DNA of 64,000 nt, taken from contig JAAILG010000248.1 of NCBI GenBank assembly GCA_012026655.1, positions 1 through 64,000 of the forward strand, in the 5' to 3' direction. Positions 57,301 to 64,000 of this stretch are shown here, piece after piece. The stretch is from Hydrolagus affinis (Eukaryota). Both the position numbers and the translations under genes were made by a program. Positions within the stretch are counted from its first letter, which is position 1. Each line of letters opens with the position of its first letter. A model generated the notes under the pieces. It saw only the letters and a program-made list of their open reading frames with translations, had not been told where the DNA came from and did no database searches.

Positions 57301-60300
57301 GTCAGTGACTCCAACAACATTACGGGTGACAGAAAAATCCACAACATTAACGCCAGCTAGGACAACTTTGTTACCCCAACTGACTACTCCTCTGGCATCT
57401 ACAGCATCCTCAGCTAGGACCACAATTACAGCTGTCACCACAGGTTCCCGCCAGTTTCCTTCAAGTGCATTAACAACAGAGGTCACCGGCTCCACTACAT
57501 CTCTCGCAACAGCTAATATAACATCAACCCTGACAACACCCGCTGTACCTCTGCTCACCACCACAACTTCTGTTGGAATTACTCCCATTTCTGCAACTCA
57601 AGAAACACTCTCTCCCTCAGTTACTGCTTCACGCAGTGCTTTTTCAACAACAGCAATTACCAAAAGACCTGAAGCCACTGGCTACTCCTCACAGAGCCCA
57701 CATGTTGGCACGTCATCTGCTAGTCCACACAAAACTGTATCAGTGACTGTTGGACAACCTTTCACTGTAACCCAGTTGGTAACTACAGCACAGGTCGTGC
57801 AGTCAAGGTATGACACCTCCCCTGGAAGTGTAGAATCCGCAACAGTGAAACGGACAACTGTGGCAACTACCAAACCTGCAAAGCTATTCACCGAGCTGAG
57901 GACGACGCTCACTAAACTAACAGAGTCGACAATTGCAACTGCAGCAGGATCCAAAGAGACACAGGACACTTGGCACACCAGAGCGCCGTTCGTGGCTTCA
58001 CCTGGACTTTTCTTCACATCAACCAGTGCTTCTTTGACTCCCCAGATAAGTGGCACTGATGCGACAGCGAAGCCAACTGAATTTGCCACATCTTTGACAG
58101 TGGCACCTACACCAGAACCCACCATGTATCCTGTACCACTCACAGCTAGTTCTACTTCAGCCACAACTTTTGAGGAGAAAGCCACACCAGCAGCAATCTC
58201 CACATCAACGTCCTCCCCACCAGCTAATTTGACTTCCTCATCGAATAGAACAGTTATCCCTGAGATGCCTTTGCCTTTTCCTCCCACTCTGACTTCTCCC
58301 ACTTCTGAGGCTCCAACGGCTGCTCAACCAGAAAGTGCAATTCCTTTTGACACCTCAGTTACACTCTCTGATTCTCAAACCGCAGCATCTTCAGCAACAC
58401 TCTCTGCCCCGCAATGCATAGTACGAACATTTGTTTATTTAAAAAGAATGTGTAACTTTGAAGACAACATGTGATCGTAATTTATTTTAAAACTTTTAAA
58501 ACACCTGCACATTATGGCTATTGACTGCAATAGAGCTTTTGAAAAGACGTTATATTTCATATTTTTTCCTTGATGTTATTATTGCTATCTATCATTAGTC
58601 TATGTCTACCTAGCTCAGTTGGTAGCACTCTTATTTCTGAATCAGAAGGTTGTGGGTTCAAGCCCTTGCCACAATTCAAAAAGAAGAGAATTTCTCCCAG
58701 CGTCCTAGCCAATATCCCCAAATAAACTTGGAATTTTACTTAAAAGACTATCTGTGGGACATTGCTGTATTCAGATTGGCTGCTGTGTTCCCCCACAAAA
58801 TACACGATTATTACACTTTACAGTATATCCCGTGAAGCACTTTGAGATGTCCCTTAAAGTGAAAGCAATATATGAAATTCAAATTGAAGGATTATTATTA
58901 TCTAATAATATTATTATTATCTAATAATAATATTATTAATACTTTAAGAGGTTGAGACTCTCTGGACTGCAGATTATTCCAATTCTGCTAGCAATGTCAC
59001 TCACTCTTTGACCAGGATTTAAGACAGGCATTGCGACAGGTTGAATATATAATCCAAGAATTTATTTCACAATTTTGTTGTTTTTAGTTGGTGGAAAATA
59101 TTAATAATAAAAAATATTCATTGTGTATTGTAGACGATCTATTGTCATCATAATATCTCAAAGCACTTCACACGATTTTACTGTGAACTGTAGTGATTAT
59201 GTATTTGTAGGCTAATGTGGCAGCCAATTTGCATGCAACAAGGTCCCACAAATAGCCATAGATGATCAATTCTATGAGTAAGTGCAGTACTGCATGTTTG
59301 CATGTTCTGATGCATTTGTTTTGTATCATTTCTTTGCAGTGTGCTTTTAATGTGACACAGCCAAGCTGCGGCTTTCTGGGGATGCCTCTCCAAGTAAACA
59401 ATGACAAGTGCTGTCCTCGGTGGGAATGCCCATGTGAGTTTGGGTGTTACATTTAGGTTCTCGTACTACTTCACAACAAGTGGATGGTTAATACTATTGT
59501 ACCATTGTTCTAAAATGTGATACCTACTTTGAAATGGCAGAGCACCAACGATAGACATGGACAAACCTCTTACTGATTGAGTTTTTCACTTGTCTTGTGT
59601 ACTTGTCTTGAGTTCTGTTTCCTTCTCAGTTCACTGTCTTGCTGTACTGTCTCTGATCTCCTTACTATCTGATTCTCCACTTTATTTCTCGATCCTGTAA
59701 CTTTGTTTGTTGTGTTTCCTCATCGGTCTTTATCTTCTGTCTTTAACAGCCTTCCCCCTTCCTTGCTTTAAGTCCACAGTTTCTGTAGCAGTGGCAACGT
59801 GAAGTGTTTGGAGAGCACATATCCTCATGAATTTGTCACGAGTGATCCCAATAATGGTTTTCTTCTCTCCAAATATAAAGTACTAAATAAAATCTGTGTT
59901 TTTACCACGCCACCTTAACATTCTTGTAGTATACCTGTTTTAATAGTTGGTTTAACAGTAGTGTTATTGAAATATTTAACTTGATAGTATATGCAGGCAA
60001 TGTGATGCACATATATTGTTTTCATTTTTGTGATTTGGAGAATATTGTCAGAATATGTGAAGTACTGTAGTTCCCAATCATTTCAATGTGCTATATAACA
60101 CAATCTGATACAATCTTTATTGTTTTACATCACGTCAGGTCGCTGTTCAATGTTTTCTGACCTGCACATAATCACATTTGACGGCAATGATGTGGGAGTG
60201 TATGATGCTGCAGCCTATGTACTGACCCTGTTGCCACAAGAAACTATTGTTGCTCACATTGAACAGTGCTCCACACGTGAGGTAATTTATGGCTTTTCCA

Positions 60301-63300
60301 TGAAACGAGAAAGAGATAAGCAAAAAAAAACTGATGACAAAGTGAAATTTGGGCAATTCCTTCAAAGCACACAAGTTAAATTACCTCTGACTCACTGGTT
60401 AAAAATTTATAAATTATTAATGTATACATTATTGCATACATTAATATATATTGTTTTCAGCAATATGGATGTTACACTGTATTTACATATTTAACCATCT
60501 TATGAAAATGTTTAAAGATGATTATTAAAGAACAGTATTTTAAAGTATATTTTTTATTATATCTGACAAAATAACATCATTACTGGATTATAACATCCCC
60601 ATTTTTGTAATTGCAGAGTGCAAATTCGATAAGGCGCCCTGTAAGTACCCATTGACTTTATTTTTATTTGTTTGAAAGCTTTAGTTAAGCTAAAGCAACC
60701 ATTTTGGGTGAAATTAGTTATTTACTATCATTGCTTTTGCTTTTGAGGTGCCTGGAGGTAATTCTGGATTGTGCTTTAAAAAGCTGAACATAACTTCACG
60801 AACCCACAAAGTTCTGATCAATCGACTGGAAAGAACGGTGAGTGCCACTTTTAAGAGTGATTCCATTATGTTAGGGAGCGGTCGCTGCTATTCTATTCCC
60901 AATAATCCTTGGTGACACAATGAACCCAATTTAACAATAATAATCCTTGCAATTGATATAGCACGTTTTGCATTGGGAGAATGGCAGAAAGTGCTTCATA
61001 GCACTGTAAAGTGGAGTGACCATTATCATTTTTGATCAAACACCCAAAATTATCTGGCCAATGCTCAAGTTAATAAATAAAAACACATTAGAAAGTACTA
61101 ATTGACTAATTTCATAGAAAGAAATAGACAATGGCAGTTTACATTCACAATAGCTCATTTTAGGTCAGGATGATGTCTTAAAACGATTCACACAGCTGGG
61201 AGAGTGGGAGAGGAGGAAAGGATGGATGAAAGGATTCAGTTGAAGCAATAGTCGTATGGCAGGTTTTTATAGGTGGGTGTGAGACGTAGGCACTCCGAGA
61301 TAAATCCAAACAGACTGTAAATTGAAACCCTCTTCTTTTTTTGCTGACAGTTAAGATCTATGTGAAATGTGTTTAGTGTCATCTCAGCCAAGTTCCTAGA
61401 GCCACAGCCCCCAACAAAAGTTCTGATGGGGGCAGTAAATGGCACTCTTATTCTGAAATGAGCTTGGGTTTTATAAGTGAACACAGAATATTTTTCTTTG
61501 GATCATCCCTTCAGTCCACAGGTAAACAAATTGTGTGCAAAAAGGCTGTTGTTGCTTAATAAAGTCACTGTACATCAATCTGTGATCATAAATAGTTAAA
61601 AATGTGTAATTGTAGAGCTTGCGCTGAACATTTTATAAAGAGATTTACTGATTGAGCCTTTGGTTTCTAGACAACAGTGAACTCTAGACATGCTCGGCTC
61701 CCATTCACCAAGCTTGGTTTCCATATAGTGGACACAGGAACAATGTACCTGATTCAAACCCCAGCTGGAGTTACTATTCAGTGGTATCGTAGCACAGGCA
61801 TTATTGTCTTAGAGTTTGGTTTGCCTTCCAACAGAACCATAAGCACTAAAGGGCTGTGTGGTGAGTAAACTCCAGATACTAATTTCCTATATGGAAAATA
61901 TTATAATAATAACAAGTGGCATGGTGTGAGACTTGTGTTAATCTTTCATTGGAACAAATAAATATAAGTTTGAACAAAAACGCTTTGGATGGTACTAAGT
62001 AATACATAATGCTAGTCAAAATAAAGTGCTTGCAATAAAGGAATTGTTTGATGAATTATCACAATGATCCTGCACAGTTTATATTTCATTCAGAATGTTT
62101 TACTTGTGTGTCCCACTATACATGAATAAAGTTAACTTCATGTTTAGGTCTGAGTTTCATTGACCTAATTGATCAGCAGGGTCAGATGCAATACTAATCC
62201 TACCACCAATTCTCAGGACAATGAATGTCTTTTGCTTTTAGGCTGTTGTAATGGCAGCCCTGCTGATGACCTCAAGCTGCCAAACGGGACCTTTGTTACA
62301 GAAGTGGAAAATATTGGTCTTTTCCTTGAGAGTTGGATGGTTGAAACATCTGGACGAGAGACTGATTGTTTTAGATGCCGGAAGCAGAACTGCACCACAG
62401 CCAACTGCACTGCTTGTTTTGAAATGCTGAACCAAAGCCCCTGGACACAGTGTCATCAGCAGGTAAGAAGACATTTTTTTTGAAAATGTGACCCCAATTG
62501 TAAGTCAAGGATTACTAGAATGGTTGCACGAAGGGACCTGATAAGAGTAGATAACACACAGTCATGCAACTTTAGAGTAAATTCTGGATTGTAAAGAGAA
62601 AGTTTAGCTCAGATACAAGGAGTTAAATTCTTTGCAAGTCTACCAGCAGCTGGATTGGTTTAACAGAAGCATACAGACCTGGACATTGGTCTCATTTAAA
62701 AAACACAGCTCGATGCAATAATGGTAAGGTATTGTGGAATGAGTAGATGAAATGGTTGAAGGGATTTCTTCATTTGAACACTTATTATGATCAAGCGATT
62801 CTGGTAATGGAATACATCAAACATTAATAAGCAATTGCTGAATGTAATGCAATCCAGTTGTAAGTGTGGCCAACATTTGCTGGTTATAAAGTACCAGTTC
62901 AGTACAGCTCTGTAATAAAATATATCAGTGGAACAGATTTCAATATTATGTAGATTAGATTCACTGATATCTGACAGATGAATGACAAATATAAAGGACT
63001 CGCCATGTAACATGAACTACACAACAAACCAAACGCCAGCACCAGCACTTTGAGTGCAAGCTGGACAATAGCGACTGTGGATGCTTACCTGTAATGCGCA
63101 TTGTCCATTGCTGTATCCCTCCTCCCCCCACTAACGGTACAATATTACTACAACAACAACTTGCATTTGTAGAGCGCCCACCACGTCAGGCAGCGTCTCC
63201 GAGGACTTAATGACGGAACCCGAGGCCGAGCCAGGGGGAGGGGGAAGGTGACCGTAAGCGCGGTCGAAGAGAAATATATATTTTAGATTTTACAATATGT

Positions 63301-63662
63301 ATAATTTTATTCTGTTATGAAATATTCAGGTAAGTATGTTCTGTTCCATTTCAGGCTCACTTTCATAGGATTTGTAGAAAAAGCAATGATAGTAAACCAG
63401 GTTAGAAAATGCTGTGTGTATAAAATACTATTAGGATCGGAGAGGCTGATTTCTGACCAAGTTCGAAAAGTGCTGCATGAATTGTTTCATGTTGTTGTAT
63501 GTGATGTTCTTGTTCACCCTAAGGTTACTCCTGAGATATTTTGTGAACTCTGGATTCGGGATTTTCACTACACAACCCATCAATGTGATGCTCTGGCTGT
63601 ATATGCAGCCGCTTGCAACAAATACAACATTTGTATTCAGTGGAGAACTCCAAACTTTTGTC
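14224..63662 (+). CDS. otogl: Otogelin-like protein, 43 coding exons in window, 3' end beyond the window
   Basis: N-terminus [18 protein letters not shown] resembles OTOGL (MNIVRKLNLMIPW), not OTOG. OTOGL-type segments include [47 protein letters not shown] and [10 protein letters not shown]. Exons sum to 6412 nt with no in-frame stop. Confidence 0.95.
15219..15264 (+). CDS. otogl: otogl exon 2
   Basis: [16 protein letters not shown]; ggcag / gtaatc; phase 1-2 bridges exons 1 and 3. Confidence 0.7.
15456..15504 (+). CDS. otogl: otogl exon 3
   Basis: [16 protein letters not shown]; RQKR as in OTOGL. Confidence 0.75.
16734..16809 (+). CDS. otogl: otogl exon 4
   Basis: [25 protein letters not shown]; strong acceptor, phase 0-1. 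Confidence 0.7.
17337..17435 (+). CDS. otogl: otogl exon 5 (EGF-like)
   Basis: [33 protein letters not shown]. Confidence 0.93.
17925..18079 (+). CDS. otogl: otogl exon 6 (VWD1 start)
   Basis: [27 protein letters not shown]. Confidence 0.95.
18180..18450 (-). mobile_element. Ancient SINE (family C), diverged
   Basis: Patchy similarity to the 49250-49480 and 56830-57070 copies. Confidence 0.45.
18708..18826 (+). CDS. otogl: otogl exon 7
   Basis: [27 protein letters not shown]. Confidence 0.93.
18960..19150 (+). mobile_element. L2 3' end
   Basis: CCTTCAAGTCCGCCTCAAAAC...GACGTGAAAGGCG...(TTG)n. Confidence 0.75.
19661..19866 (+). CDS. otogl: otogl exon 8
   Basis: [19 protein letters not shown]...KSCGLCGN. 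Confidence 0.95.
20492..20619 (+). CDS. otogl: otogl exon 9
   Basis: [13 protein letters not shown]...FPSPC. Confidence 0.93.
21020..21205 (-). mobile_element. CR1 LINE 3' end
   Basis: Reverse complement of the 37280-37465 tail (AGCAGGAGTAGGCCATT). Confidence 0.8.
21325..21431 (+). CDS. otogl: otogl exon 10 (C8-1)
   Basis: [17 protein letters not shown]...[10 protein letters not shown]. Confidence 0.93.
21680..22030 (+). mobile_element. L2 3' end, diverged
   Basis: GCTTTCAGC...CTGGAACTCTCT...GACATGAAAG, (TTG)n tail. Confidence 0.65.
22062..22168 (+). CDS. otogl: otogl exon 11
   Basis: [35 protein letters not shown]. Confidence 0.93.
22975..23350 (+). mobile_element. SINE family B
   Basis: GTTGGTAGCACTCTCACCTGTGAGTC head and Deu body. 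Confidence 0.7.
23506..23631 (+). CDS. otogl: otogl exon 12 (TIL)
   Basis: [41 protein letters not shown]. Confidence 0.95.
23726..23947 (-). mobile_element. Chimeric SINE family A 3' part with captured flank
   Basis: Tail, then 35 nt matching 48466-48500, then a second tail and body. Confidence 0.8.
24378..24486 (+). CDS. otogl: otogl exon 13
   Basis: [21 protein letters not shown]. Confidence 0.94.
24736..24782 (+). CDS. otogl: otogl exon 14
   Basis: [15 protein letters not shown]. Confidence 0.92.
24966..25111 (+). CDS. otogl: otogl exon 15 (VWD2 start)
   Basis: [26 protein letters not shown]. Confidence 0.95.
26318..26450 (+). CDS. otogl: otogl exon 16
   Basis: [28 protein letters not shown]. 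Confidence 0.93.
26693..26870 (+). CDS. otogl: otogl exon 17
   Basis: [18 protein letters not shown]...[14 protein letters not shown]. Confidence 0.95.
27058..27335 (-). mobile_element. L2 3' end
   Basis: [13 protein letters not shown] and [12 protein letters not shown] on the - strand. Confidence 0.8.
28125..28249 (+). CDS. otogl: otogl exon 18
   Basis: [23 protein letters not shown]...DPCDTNQQN. Confidence 0.94.
28385..28597 (+). CDS. otogl: otogl exon 19 (C8-2)
   Basis: [13 protein letters not shown]...CRYDACKCG. Confidence 0.95.
29434..29599 (+). CDS. otogl: otogl exon 20 (TIL)
   Basis: [16 protein letters not shown]...[12 protein letters not shown]. Confidence 0.95.
30395..30469 (+). 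CDS. otogl: otogl exon 21
   Basis: [24 protein letters not shown]. Confidence 0.92.
31349..31650 (+). mobile_element. SINE family A, full length
   Basis: tRNA head with A/B boxes (AATGGTTAG, GGTTCAATTCC), body and (ATT)n tail. Confidence 0.88.
31671..31714 (+). CDS. otogl: otogl exon 22
   Basis: [14 protein letters not shown]. Confidence 0.88.
31846..32017 (+). CDS. otogl: otogl exon 23 (TIL)
   Basis: [11 protein letters not shown]...CETTCENL...CMSGCVCPP. Confidence 0.94.
32359..32466 (+). CDS. otogl: otogl exon 24
   Basis: [35 protein letters not shown]. Confidence 0.94.
33693..33831 (+). CDS. otogl: otogl exon 25 (VWD3 start)
   Basis: [46 protein letters not shown]. Confidence 0.95.
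34785..35040 (-). mobile_element. L2 3' end, diverged
   Basis: CAACAAC tail, CCTTCACGT, purine-rich ORF2 end. Confidence 0.6.
36660..37465 (+). mobile_element. CR1 LINE, 5'-truncated
   Basis: Degraded ORF2 end ([33 protein letters not shown]) and tail GGCCGAATGGCCTACTCCTGCTCCTATTTCTTATGTGCTTATG. Confidence 0.9.
39468..40195 (-). mobile_element. Cluster of L2 3' fragments and a SINE tail
   Basis: Two (CAA)n-tailed L2 ends at ~39470 and ~39920. Confidence 0.7.
40667..40801 (+). CDS. otogl: otogl exon 26
   Basis: [19 protein letters not shown]. Confidence 0.93.
41495..41641 (+). CDS. otogl: otogl exon 27
   Basis: [15 protein letters not shown]...[16 protein letters not shown]. Confidence 0.94.
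41880..42285 (+). mobile_element. SINE family A preceded by another SINE tail
   Basis: GCACTCGCCTTGCAAGCGAGAGA head, Deu core and tail. Confidence 0.83.
42715..42834 (+). CDS. otogl: otogl exon 28
   Basis: [23 protein letters not shown]...FGDSWALGQ. Confidence 0.95.
43606..43722 (+). CDS. otogl: otogl exon 29
   Basis: [13 protein letters not shown]...[19 protein letters not shown]. Confidence 0.94.
44759..44915 (+). CDS. otogl: otogl exon 30 (C8-3)
   Basis: [39 protein letters not shown]...WRSPSVC. Confidence 0.95.
45170..45610 (-). mobile_element. L2 ORF2 internal fragment
   Basis: [25 protein letters not shown] on the - strand. Confidence 0.8.
46852..46878 (+). CDS. otogl: otogl exon 31 (27-nt micro-exon)
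   Basis: PFDCEYYNR; ttcag / gtatgt; phase 1-1. Confidence 0.88.
47413..47580 (+). CDS. otogl: otogl exon 32 (AbfB-like)
   Basis: LGEGPYVF...GANMT...FMITPGLYK. Confidence 0.93.
47882..48160 (+). CDS. otogl: otogl exon 33 (AbfB-like)
   Basis: [15 protein letters not shown]...[11 protein letters not shown]...SSFTIE. Confidence 0.95.
48400..49135. mobile_element. Putative non-autonomous DNA transposon (MITE-like) with ~90-bp imperfect inverted repeats and an inserted SINE (48500-48652, -)
   Basis: 48400-48492 is an imperfect reverse complement of 49045-49135. Confidence 0.55.
49250..49480 (-). mobile_element. Ancient SINE (family C)
   Basis: Reverse strand TGTGCTGAGTTAGCTCATCTC...AAATCAGCCAG, similar to 56860-56950. 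Confidence 0.55.
51349..51381. repeat. (TG)n microsatellite
   Basis: About 16 TG units; shorter TG runs at 2235-2253 and 3552-3571. Confidence 0.95.
51660..52300 (-). mobile_element. L2 LINE 3' part
   Basis: [49 protein letters not shown]; same family as 5591-6490. Confidence 0.9.
53392..53715 (+). mobile_element. SINE family A, full length, duplicated B box
   Basis: TGTGGTGTCCTGTAGCTCAATGGTTAG head, GGTTCGAATC and GGTTCAATTCC, tail. Confidence 0.88.
54843..54960 (+). CDS. otogl: otogl exon 34
   Basis: [34 protein letters not shown]. Confidence 0.94.
55595..56020 (+). mobile_element. SINE family B
   Basis: GCACTTTTGCCTTTGAGTC head, Deu core. Confidence 0.65.
56238..56317 (+). CDS. otogl: otogl exon 35
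   Basis: [26 protein letters not shown]. Confidence 0.94.
56830..57070 (+). mobile_element. Ancient SINE (family C)
   Basis: CCAGGTT...GCTGATCTC...ACAATTG...CAAGGCTCAC...AATGGCCAC pattern recurring in window. Confidence 0.5.
57210..58420 (+). CDS. otogl: otogl exon 36, ~403-aa Thr/Ser/Pro-rich mucin-type (TSP/PTS) domain
   Basis: 1211-nt open frame; acceptor ttgcag in phase with exon 35; T/S/P/A-rich; ends APQCI|gtacga (weak donor). Confidence 0.88.
58605..58900 (+). mobile_element. SINE family B, internally deleted
   Basis: GCTCAGTTGGTAGCACTCTT head, Deu core and tail. Confidence 0.75.
59100..59271 (-). mobile_element. SINE 3' half
   Basis: CTCAAAGCACTTCAC...GGCAGCCAATTTGCA. Confidence 0.7.
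59340..59433 (+). CDS. otogl: otogl exon 37
   Basis: [31 protein letters not shown]; 5' boundary less certain. Confidence 0.85.
60139..60281 (+). CDS. otogl: otogl exon 38 (VWD4 start)
   Basis: [16 protein letters not shown]...[10 protein letters not shown]. Confidence 0.94.
60617..60640 (+). CDS. otogl: otogl exon 39 (24-nt micro-exon)
   Basis: SANSIRRP; ttgcag / gtaagt; phase 0-0. Confidence 0.75.
60748..60837 (+). CDS. otogl: otogl exon 40
   Basis: [30 protein letters not shown]; GAG acceptor. Confidence 0.88.
61671..61860 (+). CDS. otogl: otogl exon 41
   Basis: [23 protein letters not shown]...TKGLC. Confidence 0.94.
62242..62462 (+). CDS. otogl: otogl exon 42
   Basis: [16 protein letters not shown]...FLESW...NCTTANCTAC. 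Confidence 0.94.
63524..63662 (+). CDS. otogl: otogl exon 43 (C8-4)
   Basis: [13 protein letters not shown]...[26 protein letters not shown]. Confidence 0.94.
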
Positions 63663-64000
63663 GTAAGTTGTAAGACTTTCTTAAAATTGAGGCTTTTCAT
63701 AATTTCATAAAACAAAATATAGTAGATCACTGCGTATTTGCAGTGCCAACTTTCCTGTTTAGGCCACACTGTTTAGGGTCTCTCAAATAATAAAATAAGT
63801 TGGAGAACCAGAATTCAATATTAATATTAAGGTCACAATGCAACAGTTTAGATGCTTAAACAGAGTAGCAATCACATAACAGATGCAAGTGGGAACTGCA
63901 GAGATATTTGACATAAAAGATTTAGATGTGTCTGTTTCAGTTGTACACCCAGTAATTGGATTCCTGTAATACAACAACAAATTGCATTTATATAGCACTT

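Noticed and set aside
57238-58302. Long minus-strand Val/Gly-rich ORFs (116 and 206 aa)
   Set aside because: Antisense shadows of ACN/TCN/CCN/GCN codons in the mucin exon.
14224-63662. Calling the gene OTOG, a mucin or VWF
   Set aside because: N-terminus and most exon sequences match recalled OTOGL. The AbfB-like domain and lack of VWA domains exclude VWF and mucins.

Overview
Vertebrate genomic DNA, most likely a cartilaginous fish (chimaera/elephant-shark type, inferred from the Deu-domain SINE, L2 and CR1 content and compact introns). Two spliced + strand genes were reconstructed by hand. (1) rps16 is complete: TOP/TCT start near 6857, a probable non-coding exon 1, and five coding exons at 6996-10174 totalling 441 nt (146 aa + stop), with AATAAA at 10196. 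(2) otogl (otogelin-like) has 43 coding exons from ATG 14224 to 63662, all GT-AG and phase-consistent, about 2137 codons with no stop, and runs off the window. Its domain order is signal peptide, basic propeptide, EGF-like, three VWD-C8-TIL assemblies, AbfB-like domain, a ~403-aa Thr/Ser/Pro mucin exon, then VWD4-C8. Introns are full of SINEs and L2/CR1 fragments, and a 100-N gap lies between the genes. Most notable: an otogelin-type mucin domain in OTOGL, three furin-type sites, an apparently missing Cys segment after the mucin exon, rps16 next to otogl (possible hidden 2R paralogy), and a SINE-plus-flank junction duplicated 25 kb apart. No new biological system can be established from sequence alone. 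Human comparisons are from memory and need alignment.
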